The notes under the pieces are model-generated. The model saw nothing but the letters and a program-made list of their open reading frames with translations. It did no database searches and had not been told where the DNA came from. A stretch of 64,000 nucleotides of DNA from positions 353,362-417,361 of the forward strand of contig JBFWNU010000004.1 in NCBI GenBank assembly GCA_050250895.1, in the 5' to 3' direction. The DNA is from Vulcanimicrobiota bacterium (GTDB taxonomy: Bacteria > Vulcanimicrobiota > Xenobia > Xenobiales > JADMJV01). This document shows, one piece after another, positions 46,819-55,167 of the stretch (positions are counted from its first letter, which is position 1; every line of letters starts with the position of its first letter). The position numbers and the translations under genes were made by a program.

Positions 46819-47175
46819 ATGCTTTGTCCTGAACAAGCTGTGTCCAGACGACCAAAAGGAGCGCAACCACCGACCATGGAAAGATCCCGAATGGAATGGC
46901 GCTGTCCCGACTGCAACATGCTGGCGAACTCGGCGGTGTGCGAGTGCGGACGCCGGCAAAGTCGCCGATCAGCCTTCGGCAGCCCTTTGCAGCTGTTCTT
47001 TCTGGCGGCTCTGGTGACGTGCCTGGTGCTGGCGGCCTGGTGCGAGGCGCACTACTACAACCACGGCATCGACTGGCTGGTAGCCGGACGCCAGATCCAT
47101 GAGGTCTTCCAGGGACTGGCCATGGGCCTGGTCGTGGTCACCTTGATCTCGCTGGTGGATTGGCGGTCGGCCTGA
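46819..47175 (+). CDS. Hypothetical small protein with zinc-ribbon-like Cys pairs and one TM helix
   Basis: CPDC ... CEC motif followed by hydrophobic LQLFFLAALVTCLVLAAW; start may be an internal ATG. Confidence 0.4.
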   Translation: MLCPEQAVSRRPKGAQPPTMERSRMEWRCPDCNMLANSAVCECGRRQSRRSAFGSPLQLFFLAALVTCLVLAAWCEAHYYNHGIDWLVAGRQIHEVFQGLAMGLVVVTLISLVDWRSA

Positions 47176-47505
47176 ATGAGCGATATCCCCCCGCCTTACA
47201 GTCCCGAGATCGAGGCGCGCATCGCCCAAATGGTAGCCCTCGGCTGGCGGCGTGACGATGTCTACGTGCGAGCCAATGGCGAGGTGTATCACGACCCGAT
47301 GAGTGACGCTGTGGCCTATCTCTGCGCCGGCCATCACGCCAGCCTCGATTGCTACATGAACAGCCACCCCCACCGCTTTCCGGTGCCCGAGCCCGTCGAC
47401 GAAGCGAGTATCGAACTCCCTCCCGAGCCGTGGTGGATTCGGCTCAACTGGGCCATCATCGGCTACCTCGCCCGACTGGGCAGGGCCCAGAGGGAGAGTT
47501 CCTAG
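47176..47505 (+). CDS. Hypothetical protein
   Basis: 109-aa ORF starting 1 nt after previous stop; no recognised motifs. Confidence 0.4.
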   Translation: MSDIPPPYSPEIEARIAQMVALGWRRDDVYVRANGEVYHDPMSDAVAYLCAGHHASLDCYMNSHPHRFPVPEPVDEASIELPPEPWWIRLNWAIIGYLARLGRAQRESS

Positions 47506-48722
47506 TCGCGAATGTCGAGTTCGATATCGCCCACGGTAATGACACCATCACCCAAATCGATGGTGGGAAGAGGGGCGTCGGGCTGGGCGGGGTCGCGCTC
47601 GAGAGCTTTCAATAGACCCATGCTGGAGAGGGCGTGTAGTCCGCCTTTGCGCGTAGCCAGGATGACCCGGTCCCCTTGCAGGGTCAAGCTGGAGGGGGTC
47701 TGTTTTTCGTCGGAGGTGTAGTTCCACAGCACCGAGCCGTCCTCGGGGCGCATGGCATAAACCTGACCTTCCTGGTCGCCCACCGCATAGACGGTGTCGT
47801 CAGGGCCAACCTGGACCCCGGAATGGGCTATGGGAAACTGCATCTGCTTGCTCCACAGTTCGTTGCCTTCGGCGTCGAGGCAAAACAGGGTGCGATCCCA
47901 GCTGCCGGCGTAGATGCGGGTGCCATCGTTGGAGAGAACCGGGGTCGAACTCAACGCAAACGAGTCTCGCTTGGAAAGGGATTCACGCTGCTCGGCGGTC
48001 ATCTGGTCAAGCCGTTGATGAGCCTCGCCCGAGAACTCCCAGAGCGTATTTCCCTGGGTGTCCATCTTGCGGATCTTGCCATTACCGGTGGTGAAGAGCA
48101 GGCCATCCTCGGTCGGAGTGACCCGCGTGCCCGCGTGCAATCCGTCGTAAGACGGAAACCCCCGGGACCACAAAAAGTTGCCGTCTTTGATGGCGGTGAT
48201 GGAGCCATCGGCCTGATAGATGGTGTCGTCGGCGCCCACCGCCAGACCGCCGTGATGCCCGGTGTTTTGCCGAGTATAATGGGTCCAGCCCCGCTGACCG
48301 TCAAACTTGATGAGATGGACGTTGCCGGGCCAGCCCTCGGAATAGACCACGCCATCCTTAGACACAGCGCCAATACGACCGGTAGGCGGGGCCGGCAGGT
48401 CTTCTTTACTGATGCTCCACTGGGGCTGGCCGTCTTTGCGGTCCAGGCAAACCAGGGGAGCCTCGCTCGTCGTAACGATGACGGCCTCGCTGGTAACCAG
48501 CGGGGAGGCGGCCATGGCCAGGCCTTTCATCTCTTTTTGCCACTGGACTTCGGCGTTGTCGGGATTCATGGCGATAAGAGCCCGGTCGGTGGGCACGTAG
48601 AGCGTTCCGTCATCGCCCACGCTGGGCGGGGCCACGATATCGCGGTCGAGCTTGACCGACCATTCCTCGACCGTGCTGCGCTTGGGGTCGAGGACCACAG
48701 AGATGGGGTTGGAGCCTATCAT
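47502..48722 (-). CDS. PQQ-like beta-propeller repeat protein
   Basis: 406 aa; repeated segments of the DG.lYa....G.l.Al...G...W type (DGTLYVPTDRALIAM, DGVVYSEG, DDTIYQADGSITAI, DGTRIYAGSWDRTLFCLDAEGNELW, DDTVYAVGDQEGQVYAM). Confidence 0.75.
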   Translation of the reverse strand: MIGSNPISVVLDPKRSTVEEWSVKLDRDIVAPPSVGDDGTLYVPTDRALIAMNPDNAEVQWQKEMKGLAMAASPLVTSEAVIVTTSEAPLVCLDRKDGQPQWSISKEDLPAPPTGRIGAVSKDGVVYSEGWPGNVHLIKFDGQRGWTHYTRQNTGHHGGLAVGADDTIYQADGSITAIKDGNFLWSRGFPSYDGLHAGTRVTPTEDGLLFTTGNGKIRKMDTQGNTLWEFSGEAHQRLDQMTAEQRESLSKRDSFALSSTPVLSNDGTRIYAGSWDRTLFCLDAEGNELWSKQMQFPIAHSGVQVGPDDTVYAVGDQEGQVYAMRPEDGSVLWNYTSDEKQTPSSLTLQGDRVILATRKGGLHALSSMGLLKALERDPAQPDAPLPTIDLGDGVITVGDIELDIRD

Positions 48723-48745
48723 CTCATGAGCCTAAAGCGCCCGGC

Positions 48746-48994
48746 TTAACGGGTTCTTAAATAACGGAGAAAATCCCACAGGCCAGCGAAACGGTAGTCG
48801 CCGTCGATGTAATGCTCGATGACGTAGAAGGCGAAGTAGTAGGCCCGGGCAAAGGCCCAGATAGCCAGCGCCAGCATCCCGGCTACCATGGGCTCGGGAT
48901 GAAGCAGCAGCAGATTGAGCGCCGCCATCAACCCCAGCAGTAGAAAAAGCACACCTTTGGCATAGAGCCACTTCGGATTCTCGAGATCGCCCAT
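48746..48994 (-). CDS. Small two-helix membrane protein, hypothetical
   Basis: Frame 48746..49060 trimmed to internal ATG ~48994 to leave a divergent intergenic region; two hydrophobic helices. Confidence 0.35.
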   Translation of the reverse strand: MGDLENPKWLYAKGVLFLLLGLMAALNLLLLHPEPMVAGMLALAIWAFARAYYFAFYVIEHYIDGDYRFAGLWDFLRYLRTR

Positions 48995-49040
48995 CACCCG
49001 ATTTATACCCCCAGGTTGCACTTCTCGGAAGTTTTCCACA

Positions 49041-49056
49041 AGGATTTGAGGATTTT
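49041..49056. repeat. Tandem 8-bp repeat AGGATTTG/AGGATTTT with a further GGATTT copy at the start codon, upstream of the beta-helix/ATPase pair
   Basis: Read directly from sequence in a locally AT-rich stretch preceding 49074. Confidence 0.3.
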
Positions 49057-49073
49057 TCAAGGAATCTAAGGGA

Positions 49074-50843
49074 ATGGATTTATTGGGCTTGGTAGAGCAA
49101 GCGGCCGATGGAGACGTGCTGCAGCTCGAGGGTGTCTATTCTTTGGCCGAGCCGCTGGTCTTGACGCGGGCAGTGAGCCTGGTGGGCCAGGCGGCCACCA
49201 TCGTGTCCGAGAGTCCTGACGTGGTGGTGCGGCTGGTGGGTCCCGGCCCTTTCAGTTTTCATGACATCCGTTTCGAATATCGCGGCCAAGAGCCGGCCCG
49301 GGTGGTCTGGCTCGAATCGGGTCGAGCCGACTTCGAGCGCTGTCGCTTCAGCGGCGGCCATTGGAATGACGAGCGTGGCTATGGCTGCGGTCTGCACCTG
49401 GGCGGCCAGAGCCAGGCCAGAGTGCGCCAATGCCAGTTCTTTGAAAACGATGTGGGGGTGCTGGTCGACCACCAGGCTCGGCCTTTACTCGAGGGTTGCC
49501 GGTTCACCGATAATCGTCTCGACGGTTTGCGTTTTCGTGGCTATTCGGGCGGTCGGGCGGTGCAGAACGAATGTCGAGGCAACGGCTGGTCGGGTATTTC
49601 GGTGGCCGGCGAGGCGACCCCCGAGCTGGTCAGCAACTTCTGCTCCGAGAACGGGAGCAGCGGTATCCTCTATCGCGAGCGAGGCAGCGGCATCGGTTCG
49701 TCCAACGAGTGTTCGCACAACGCCCACCACGGCATCAGCTTGAGCGAATACTGCCGCCCCTTGCTCAAAGCCAACCAGTGCGAAGAGAACCAGCTCTGCG
49801 GCATCGACCTGGGGGATCAGTCGCGCGGCGTGTTGCAATCGAATCTTTGTTGCGGCAACGGCGTGCACGGCATGCAGGTGCGCGATGAGGCCGATCCCGT
49901 CCTGGAAGACAACGAGTGCATGGAGAACGCCAGCTCGGGGCTGGCCATTTTCGGAGCCTCGCGAGCCGTGTGCCGGCGCAACGTGTTGACCCAGAACGCC
50001 TGCTACGGCCTGCAAGTGAGCCAGGACGCCTCGCCCGTGCTCGTCGAGAACCACGCCGTGGGTAATCGTCTGTCGGGGTTCGGCTTCTTTGGCCAGGCGG
50101 GCGGCCTGGGGGCCGCCAACGAGTGCAGCGAAAACCACGGCTACGGGGTGCAACTGTCGGGCACCGCAGCCCCCATCCTGGGCGATCAGCTCTGCACTCA
50201 AAACCAGCGCGGGGGCCTCCTGGCAGCCGAAGAGAGCCGTCCCCTCGTGCGGGGCGGCCAGTTCAGCAAGAACGAAAAGCACGGCCTGGTGGTCAACGAC
50301 CGCTCCCGCCCCCTGTTGCACGGAGCCAAAGCCGCCAGCAATGCCGAAGACGGCGTGGTCTTCGTGGGCCGAGCCGGGGGCGAGGCGCTGGCGGTCGAGG
50401 CCAGCGAGAACGGCCGCCACGGAATGTCCATCGGCCCCAAGACCTCACCCCTGCTCGAAGGCTGCAACTGCAACCAGAACCAGGCAGCCGATACCAGCAA
50501 CCAATCGGGCAAGGCCCGCACAGCCTCGCGGGGCGGCGAACACGAACCACTGCCCGAGGGCTTCGAGGTGGCCATCGAAAGCGGCGAATCGCTGCGTCTG
50601 CCGTTCGAACCCAAGGGAGTGGAAAAGTTGATTCTCGAGGCTCTACTAAAGCACGGTCGCTTGAGCGAGGCATCCCTTGCCAAGGTGGCCCGCACCCGCC
50701 GCATCGGGGGAGCCATGGAGAACTTGCTCGAGCGCCTCAATCAGGCCGGGCTGCGCTATATTCGGCGCGACGGCGAGGGGCCCGAGGGCAACGTCTACGC
50801 GCTCAGCCGCGACACCAACCAATCAGGGAGACAAGCATGCTAG
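49074..50843 (+). CDS. Cytoplasmic right-handed parallel beta-helix repeat protein with C-terminal helical domain
   Basis: 589 aa; no signal peptide; more than 12 tandem ~22-residue repeats with a recurring N.C..N...G pattern (NECRGNGWSGISV, NFCSENGSSGIL, NECSHNAHHGISL, NQCEENQLCGIDL, NLCCGNGVHGMQV, NECMENASSGLAI ...); last ~100 residues non-repetitive and helical; start could be TTG ~49083. Confidence 0.7.
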   Translation: MDLLGLVEQAADGDVLQLEGVYSLAEPLVLTRAVSLVGQAATIVSESPDVVVRLVGPGPFSFHDIRFEYRGQEPARVVWLESGRADFERCRFSGGHWNDERGYGCGLHLGGQSQARVRQCQFFENDVGVLVDHQARPLLEGCRFTDNRLDGLRFRGYSGGRAVQNECRGNGWSGISVAGEATPELVSNFCSENGSSGILYRERGSGIGSSNECSHNAHHGISLSEYCRPLLKANQCEENQLCGIDLGDQSRGVLQSNLCCGNGVHGMQVRDEADPVLEDNECMENASSGLAIFGASRAVCRRNVLTQNACYGLQVSQDASPVLVENHAVGNRLSGFGFFGQAGGLGAANECSENHGYGVQLSGTAAPILGDQLCTQNQRGGLLAAEESRPLVRGGQFSKNEKHGLVVNDRSRPLLHGAKAASNAEDGVVFVGRAGGEALAVEASENGRHGMSIGPKTSPLLEGCNCNQNQAADTSNQSGKARTASRGGEHEPLPEGFEVAIESGESLRLPFEPKGVEKLILEALLKHGRLSEASLAKVARTRRIGGAMENLLERLNQAGLRYIRRDGEGPEGNVYALSRDTNQSGRQAC

Positions 50844-52141
50844 CCAGTTTAAGCCGCGACACGGCCACTTCGATCATCAACGCGCTGCGTTCGGGAACCG
50901 TCCCTTTTGACGGGCTCGAGCACTATGCGGTGGGCCTCGAGCGCCAGATGGAGGTGCTGCGCGAGCAGCGCGAGTACGTGGCCGGTGGTCACTCGGCCTA
51001 TAAGTGCATTCGGGGCGCTTACGGGTCGGGCAAGACCTTTCTCTCGAGCCTGGCCGCGGCCGAAGCTGCCGACGCCAAGTTTCTGACCAGTAAAGTGGTC
51101 ATCTCGGCCGCCGATACGCCGCTCCATAAGCTCAAAGAAGTCTATCGCCGCTTCTGCCAGAACCTTTCTCTGGCCGACCGCCGAGGGGGCGCCCTGCAGA
51201 CCCTGGTCGACCGCTGGCTCTATCGCCTCGAGGACCAGGTCATCGAGGTCGATGGAGTGGCTGAGGACGACCCCGACTTCGCCGAGGTGGTGGCCCGCAA
51301 GGTCGACATGAGCCTGGTGCGCATCGGAGAACGGGCGGGCCGCCTGGCCGTCACCCTCAAAGCCTATCACAAAGCCAAGTACGACAGTCGCTTCTCGGAC
51401 GCACGGGGCTTGCTCGATTGGGTCTCGGGCGAACCCAAGGTGGGGGCCGACGTCAAGCGCCTGGCCTCGGTGACCGGCCAGATCGACAACACCGACGCCC
51501 TGGTCTTTCTGCGCGGTTGGCTGGAACTGGCGGAGGCGGCCGGCTACGCCGGGGTGTTGCTGGTGCTCGACGAAGTCGAGACCATCCTGCGCCTGCGCCG
51601 GCCCGAGCGGCTCAAATCGCTCGAAGTGTTGCGCCAGTTGATCGACGCCGTCGAGAATCAAGAACTGCCGGGGTTGCACCTGCTGATCACCGGCACCCCC
51701 GACTTCTTCGAAAGTTCCCAGGGGGTCCCGTCGCTGGTGCCCCTGCACGAGCGCATCCGCCAGACCCACCGCGACGGCGAGCCCGAGAACTTTCGCCAAC
51801 CCCAGATCACGTTGCCCACCCTCGACGCCGAGCGTCTGCGCCAGGTGGCCACGCGGGTGCGGGCCATCTATCCGGCCGAACATGGCGAGCGGTTGAGCAA
51901 GCGAGTACCCGACAGCTATGTGTTGCAACTGGTGGACCAGATGACGGCCGGCTTCGGTGGTCGCATCGAGGTGTTGCCGCGCTTGTTCCTGCGCGAATTC
52001 GTGCACATCCTCGACCTGGTCGACCAGCACTCAGACTACGATCCGGCTCAAGCCTATCGCTTTGATGTGGCCGGACTGAGCGAACTCAGGCCCGAAGAGG
52101 AAGAGGCCATTCAAGCGGCCGGGCGCGAGGTTCTCATCTAG
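50837..52141 (+). CDS. P-loop NTPase (AAA-like ATP-binding protein; possibly BrxC/BrxD-type DUF2791 fold)
   Basis: Frame 50123..52141 trimmed to ATG 50837, preceded by GGGAGA and overlapping the upstream stop as ATGCTAG; Walker A GAYGSGKTFL, Walker B LLVLDEVE; C-terminal helical region. Confidence 0.8.
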   Translation: MLASLSRDTATSIINALRSGTVPFDGLEHYAVGLERQMEVLREQREYVAGGHSAYKCIRGAYGSGKTFLSSLAAAEAADAKFLTSKVVISAADTPLHKLKEVYRRFCQNLSLADRRGGALQTLVDRWLYRLEDQVIEVDGVAEDDPDFAEVVARKVDMSLVRIGERAGRLAVTLKAYHKAKYDSRFSDARGLLDWVSGEPKVGADVKRLASVTGQIDNTDALVFLRGWLELAEAAGYAGVLLVLDEVETILRLRRPERLKSLEVLRQLIDAVENQELPGLHLLITGTPDFFESSQGVPSLVPLHERIRQTHRDGEPENFRQPQITLPTLDAERLRQVATRVRAIYPAEHGERLSKRVPDSYVLQLVDQMTAGFGGRIEVLPRLFLREFVHILDLVDQHSDYDPAQAYRFDVAGLSELRPEEEEAIQAAGREVLI

Positions 52142-52153
52142 TCCGCGCTGCAG

Positions 52154-54103
52154 TTAGAACTGCTGCCAGAGCAGCACGCGGCTCTTCTCGGCCGGGTCGA
52201 AGACCTGATTGAGGTCGAGATTGATCAAGTAGAACTCTTTGCCGTTCTTGATGGTGGGCTTGAGCAGCGAGTCGAGATAGGCTTCGACCTTCATGTCATC
52301 GACCTTGACGGCCGGCTGAAAAGTGTGAGTCGAACTCGAAGAGGTCTTGGTGGTCTTGGACGAGAGCCCGAACCAGGAACTCTCCTTCTTCTTGTATTCG
52401 GTGGTTACCGTGTATTCCACCGGCGCGCCGGCCGAGGCCTGGGCCACTGCGGCCCAGTTGGCAACTTCGGCCAGCACCGTCTCGCGAGAAACGTTATTGC
52501 CGCGATAATAGTTGACATAGACCGTCTTGTCTTCAATAGTGAAGGGGTACTTGTCGAGCTGGAAATTGGCCGCATCTTCAACTGGGATGGCCGAGGCATC
52601 GGTATACATGTTGCCTCGCGAGAAAGCGCCTTGAATAGCCACCGAGAAGCGCTCTTCACCGGTCTCGGTGGCGGGCATTCGATGGCCTGACACCGCCAGC
52701 CCGGCCACCACCGAGTCGGCCAGCTTGGCCTTGTCGGCGGCGCTGATGATGTTGGTGGTGGTGGTGTCTTTATCGCCCCAGCCGAGGAACCGGTCGTCGT
52801 CTTCATCCTCTTTGCTGGTGGTATCGGGCAGCGTGCTCTTGGTGACATCGGGCACGCCGACCGCAAAACTCACCGAGATGGGCGTCTTGACCAGGGTGAC
52901 GTTGTCGAGGCGCAACTTTCCTTTCCCTTTGGGGCCGTTGGCCACGGCCGCTCCCACCACCGTGATGTCCTTGGCCCACAGGTCGCCTTCGGAATAGACC
53001 AGTCCGTTAAAGAAGTTGCCACTCTTGCTCAGGCCGTGAAGGGTGATATCGCCTTTGGAGACCAGCGCCACCACATCGGTGGCCGAAATCTCGGCGCCCT
53101 CTTTGATCGACACTTCACCGAGCGAGAAAATCGCGCCGTTGCCGTAGACCTTGCCGGTCACGTCGACATCGCCCCGCACATACAGCAGGCCACCGTTGAG
53201 GTGAATGTTGCCATTGACCCTGAGGTCGCCCAGGGCCTCGGTGAAGAAGTCGACCTCTAAATTGGTAAGGGTCGGCGACCCATCGAGGATCTGATCGTTG
53301 CCTTTGATCTCGTCAAGCTTGGCAAAGATGTTGTCCACATCCAGGTCGGGCATGGTCTGCTCACCCGAGTGCTCGCGCACCTCGCCGGCCACTTTGACCG
53401 AGGTATCGAGGTCGATGCTTCCTACTGCCATGACGTCGCCCATCACGGTCGAGGTTGGCCCGATAGAAACGGCCTTGTCCCCGGCAAAGTTACTGGCCAC
53501 ATGGGCCATATCCAAATCCGCCGGGTCGAGGGTGGTGGCTTTGCCGGTGTCGGCAAAAGCCTGGGTAGAAGCCACTCCTGCAACCAGCAGCCCGCCCGAC
53601 GAGGTCAGGGGTCCGGTCGAAGCCAGAGCGTTGGGATAAGGAGGGATGTAGTAAATGGCTTCCATCTGGTAGCGGGCGTTCTTGCACTTGCCCACGGCCA
53701 CCAGGTGCACGGCGCTGTCGGGAATCTGCCGGCCGTTGGCCCCCTCGACCGAGGTCGGCTCTTCGAAATTATTGGTCGAGAAGGGCAACTTCAGATCGGA
53801 GGCCTGCTTCTTGCTGAAGGTCAGCCAACCATCGGCCTCGTCAGGAGCGAAGCTGGATGGGATGTGAATGGTCTGGTCATCAGCCCGGGCCTTGCCGAAC
53901 GTCTGGTCCATCCAGATGCGTCCCAGCGCCGTGGCCACCGCCGACTCGGCCAGATTGCGGGCTTCGCGCTGGTCCACCACCGTGTTGCTGAAATTGAGGT
54001 GGAAGAAGGAAACGGCCACCACGGTAAACAGCGCCAGGGTAATGATGGTAACCAGCAGTAGAACAGAACCGATTGTGAGACCGCGTGCTCCCCTGCGAAC
54101 CAT
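52154..54103 (-). CDS. Large surface/secreted beta-helical protein with pseudopilin-like N-terminal hydrophobic segment
   Basis: 649 aa; N-terminus MVRRGARGLTIGSVLLLVTIITLALFTVVAVSF resembling minor-pseudopilin leaders; central Gly/Asn/Val-rich repeats (NGNIHLNGGLLYVRGDVDVTGKVYGNGAIFSLGEV ...). Confidence 0.65.
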   Translation of the reverse strand: MVRRGARGLTIGSVLLLVTIITLALFTVVAVSFFHLNFSNTVVDQREARNLAESAVATALGRIWMDQTFGKARADDQTIHIPSSFAPDEADGWLTFSKKQASDLKLPFSTNNFEEPTSVEGANGRQIPDSAVHLVAVGKCKNARYQMEAIYYIPPYPNALASTGPLTSSGGLLVAGVASTQAFADTGKATTLDPADLDMAHVASNFAGDKAVSIGPTSTVMGDVMAVGSIDLDTSVKVAGEVREHSGEQTMPDLDVDNIFAKLDEIKGNDQILDGSPTLTNLEVDFFTEALGDLRVNGNIHLNGGLLYVRGDVDVTGKVYGNGAIFSLGEVSIKEGAEISATDVVALVSKGDITLHGLSKSGNFFNGLVYSEGDLWAKDITVVGAAVANGPKGKGKLRLDNVTLVKTPISVSFAVGVPDVTKSTLPDTTSKEDEDDDRFLGWGDKDTTTTNIISAADKAKLADSVVAGLAVSGHRMPATETGEERFSVAIQGAFSRGNMYTDASAIPVEDAANFQLDKYPFTIEDKTVYVNYYRGNNVSRETVLAEVANWAAVAQASAGAPVEYTVTTEYKKKESSWFGLSSKTTKTSSSSTHTFQPAVKVDDMKVEAYLDSLLKPTIKNGKEFYLINLDLNQVFDPAEKSRVLLWQQF

Positions 54104-54249
54104 ACACCAAAGTATATCACGATCGACCAGCGCTGGACCAGTTCATCTAAAATTAACATCCCCCAACACTTTTCCAAGGGATGCTCCGGAGGCACCCGGT
54201 AGACTGAAACCATGGCAGGAGAGTTTGCGCTTATTGTGGGCGGCCGGCG

Positions 54250-55125
54250 ATGAATGCGGTCAGAACCCATCGCCCGACCGCCGGGCCCACTCTCCCGGCC
54301 GCGCGCCCGCGCCCGGCCGGGCCTGCGCTCAGCGGCACCGCTGACACAGGGCTCAAGGCGCAGCGCCTCTCTGAGCTGCGCGACCAGAAACCGACCACCC
54401 CGGCGGGCCAGAACCCCACTCTCGCCAGCCAGGCCGAAAGGGCTAGGGCAGGCCTGGGCCAAGCCTTCGAGCTAAAGAAGCCGGTCACGCTCAAGAATGG
54501 AGTCACCGTGGTCAAAAGCGCCGACCTCAGCGACGGCTCGGGCCTATATGACCTGAATGTGGGCGGCCACAAAGTGGGGGTCCGTTTCGACCAGGGAATC
54601 GACGCAGGCACAAAGCTGCCGCAATTGGCCGACTACCTCGAGCAGACACCCGAACACTTGCGCAAAGAGCTTGGTTTTATCAACTTTCAGAACGGGGCCA
54701 ATCCCAAGGACGCTGAAATCGCCAAGAAGTTTGGAGTCGAAGAGTTTCAGACCTGGGCTACCGCCGATGACCACGCCATCAACGTCTACCACGGCGGAAA
54801 ATTCTTCGGTCAACGCGAGTTCGACCACGAGCTGGGCCATCTGGTGGGCGCCCGTCGCAGCGGCCACGACGAACTGGTCGACTGGGTCAATCTGCGCCAC
54901 GACCCCCACAACACACCGGTTGGTTGGGGGGCCCGCAAAGCCTACGACCATAAAGAGGTTTCTGACTACGGAAAGCTGTCGCTCGGCGAGGACTTCGCCG
55001 AGGGCTATGCCGACTACATGCAGGCTCGCCGTCAGGGCCCCGAAGCCTGGCAGGCGTTCGGACAGAAGTTTCCCAGCCGGACGGCCCTGCTCGAGCGCAT
55101 CGTGACCAACGGAGACACCCGCTGA
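54250..55125 (+). CDS. Hypothetical protein with HExxH motif (possible metallopeptidase/effector)
   Basis: 291 aa; low-complexity Pro/Ala/Arg-rich N-terminus, then globular region with FDHELGHLV; start uncertain. Confidence 0.45.
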   Translation: MNAVRTHRPTAGPTLPAARPRPAGPALSGTADTGLKAQRLSELRDQKPTTPAGQNPTLASQAERARAGLGQAFELKKPVTLKNGVTVVKSADLSDGSGLYDLNVGGHKVGVRFDQGIDAGTKLPQLADYLEQTPEHLRKELGFINFQNGANPKDAEIAKKFGVEEFQTWATADDHAINVYHGGKFFGQREFDHELGHLVGARRSGHDELVDWVNLRHDPHNTPVGWGARKAYDHKEVSDYGKLSLGEDFAEGYADYMQARRQGPEAWQAFGQKFPSRTALLERIVTNGDTR

Positions 55126-55167
55126 CACTCCGCCAAGACAGGGTTTGCCCAGGCCTGGCAGAAATCC

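Noticed and set aside
50123-50836. N-terminal 238 codons of ORF 50123..52141
   Set aside because: Overlaps the beta-helix gene in another frame and is Arg/Pro/Gly-rich; the ATPase starts at ATG 50837 with its own ribosome-binding site.
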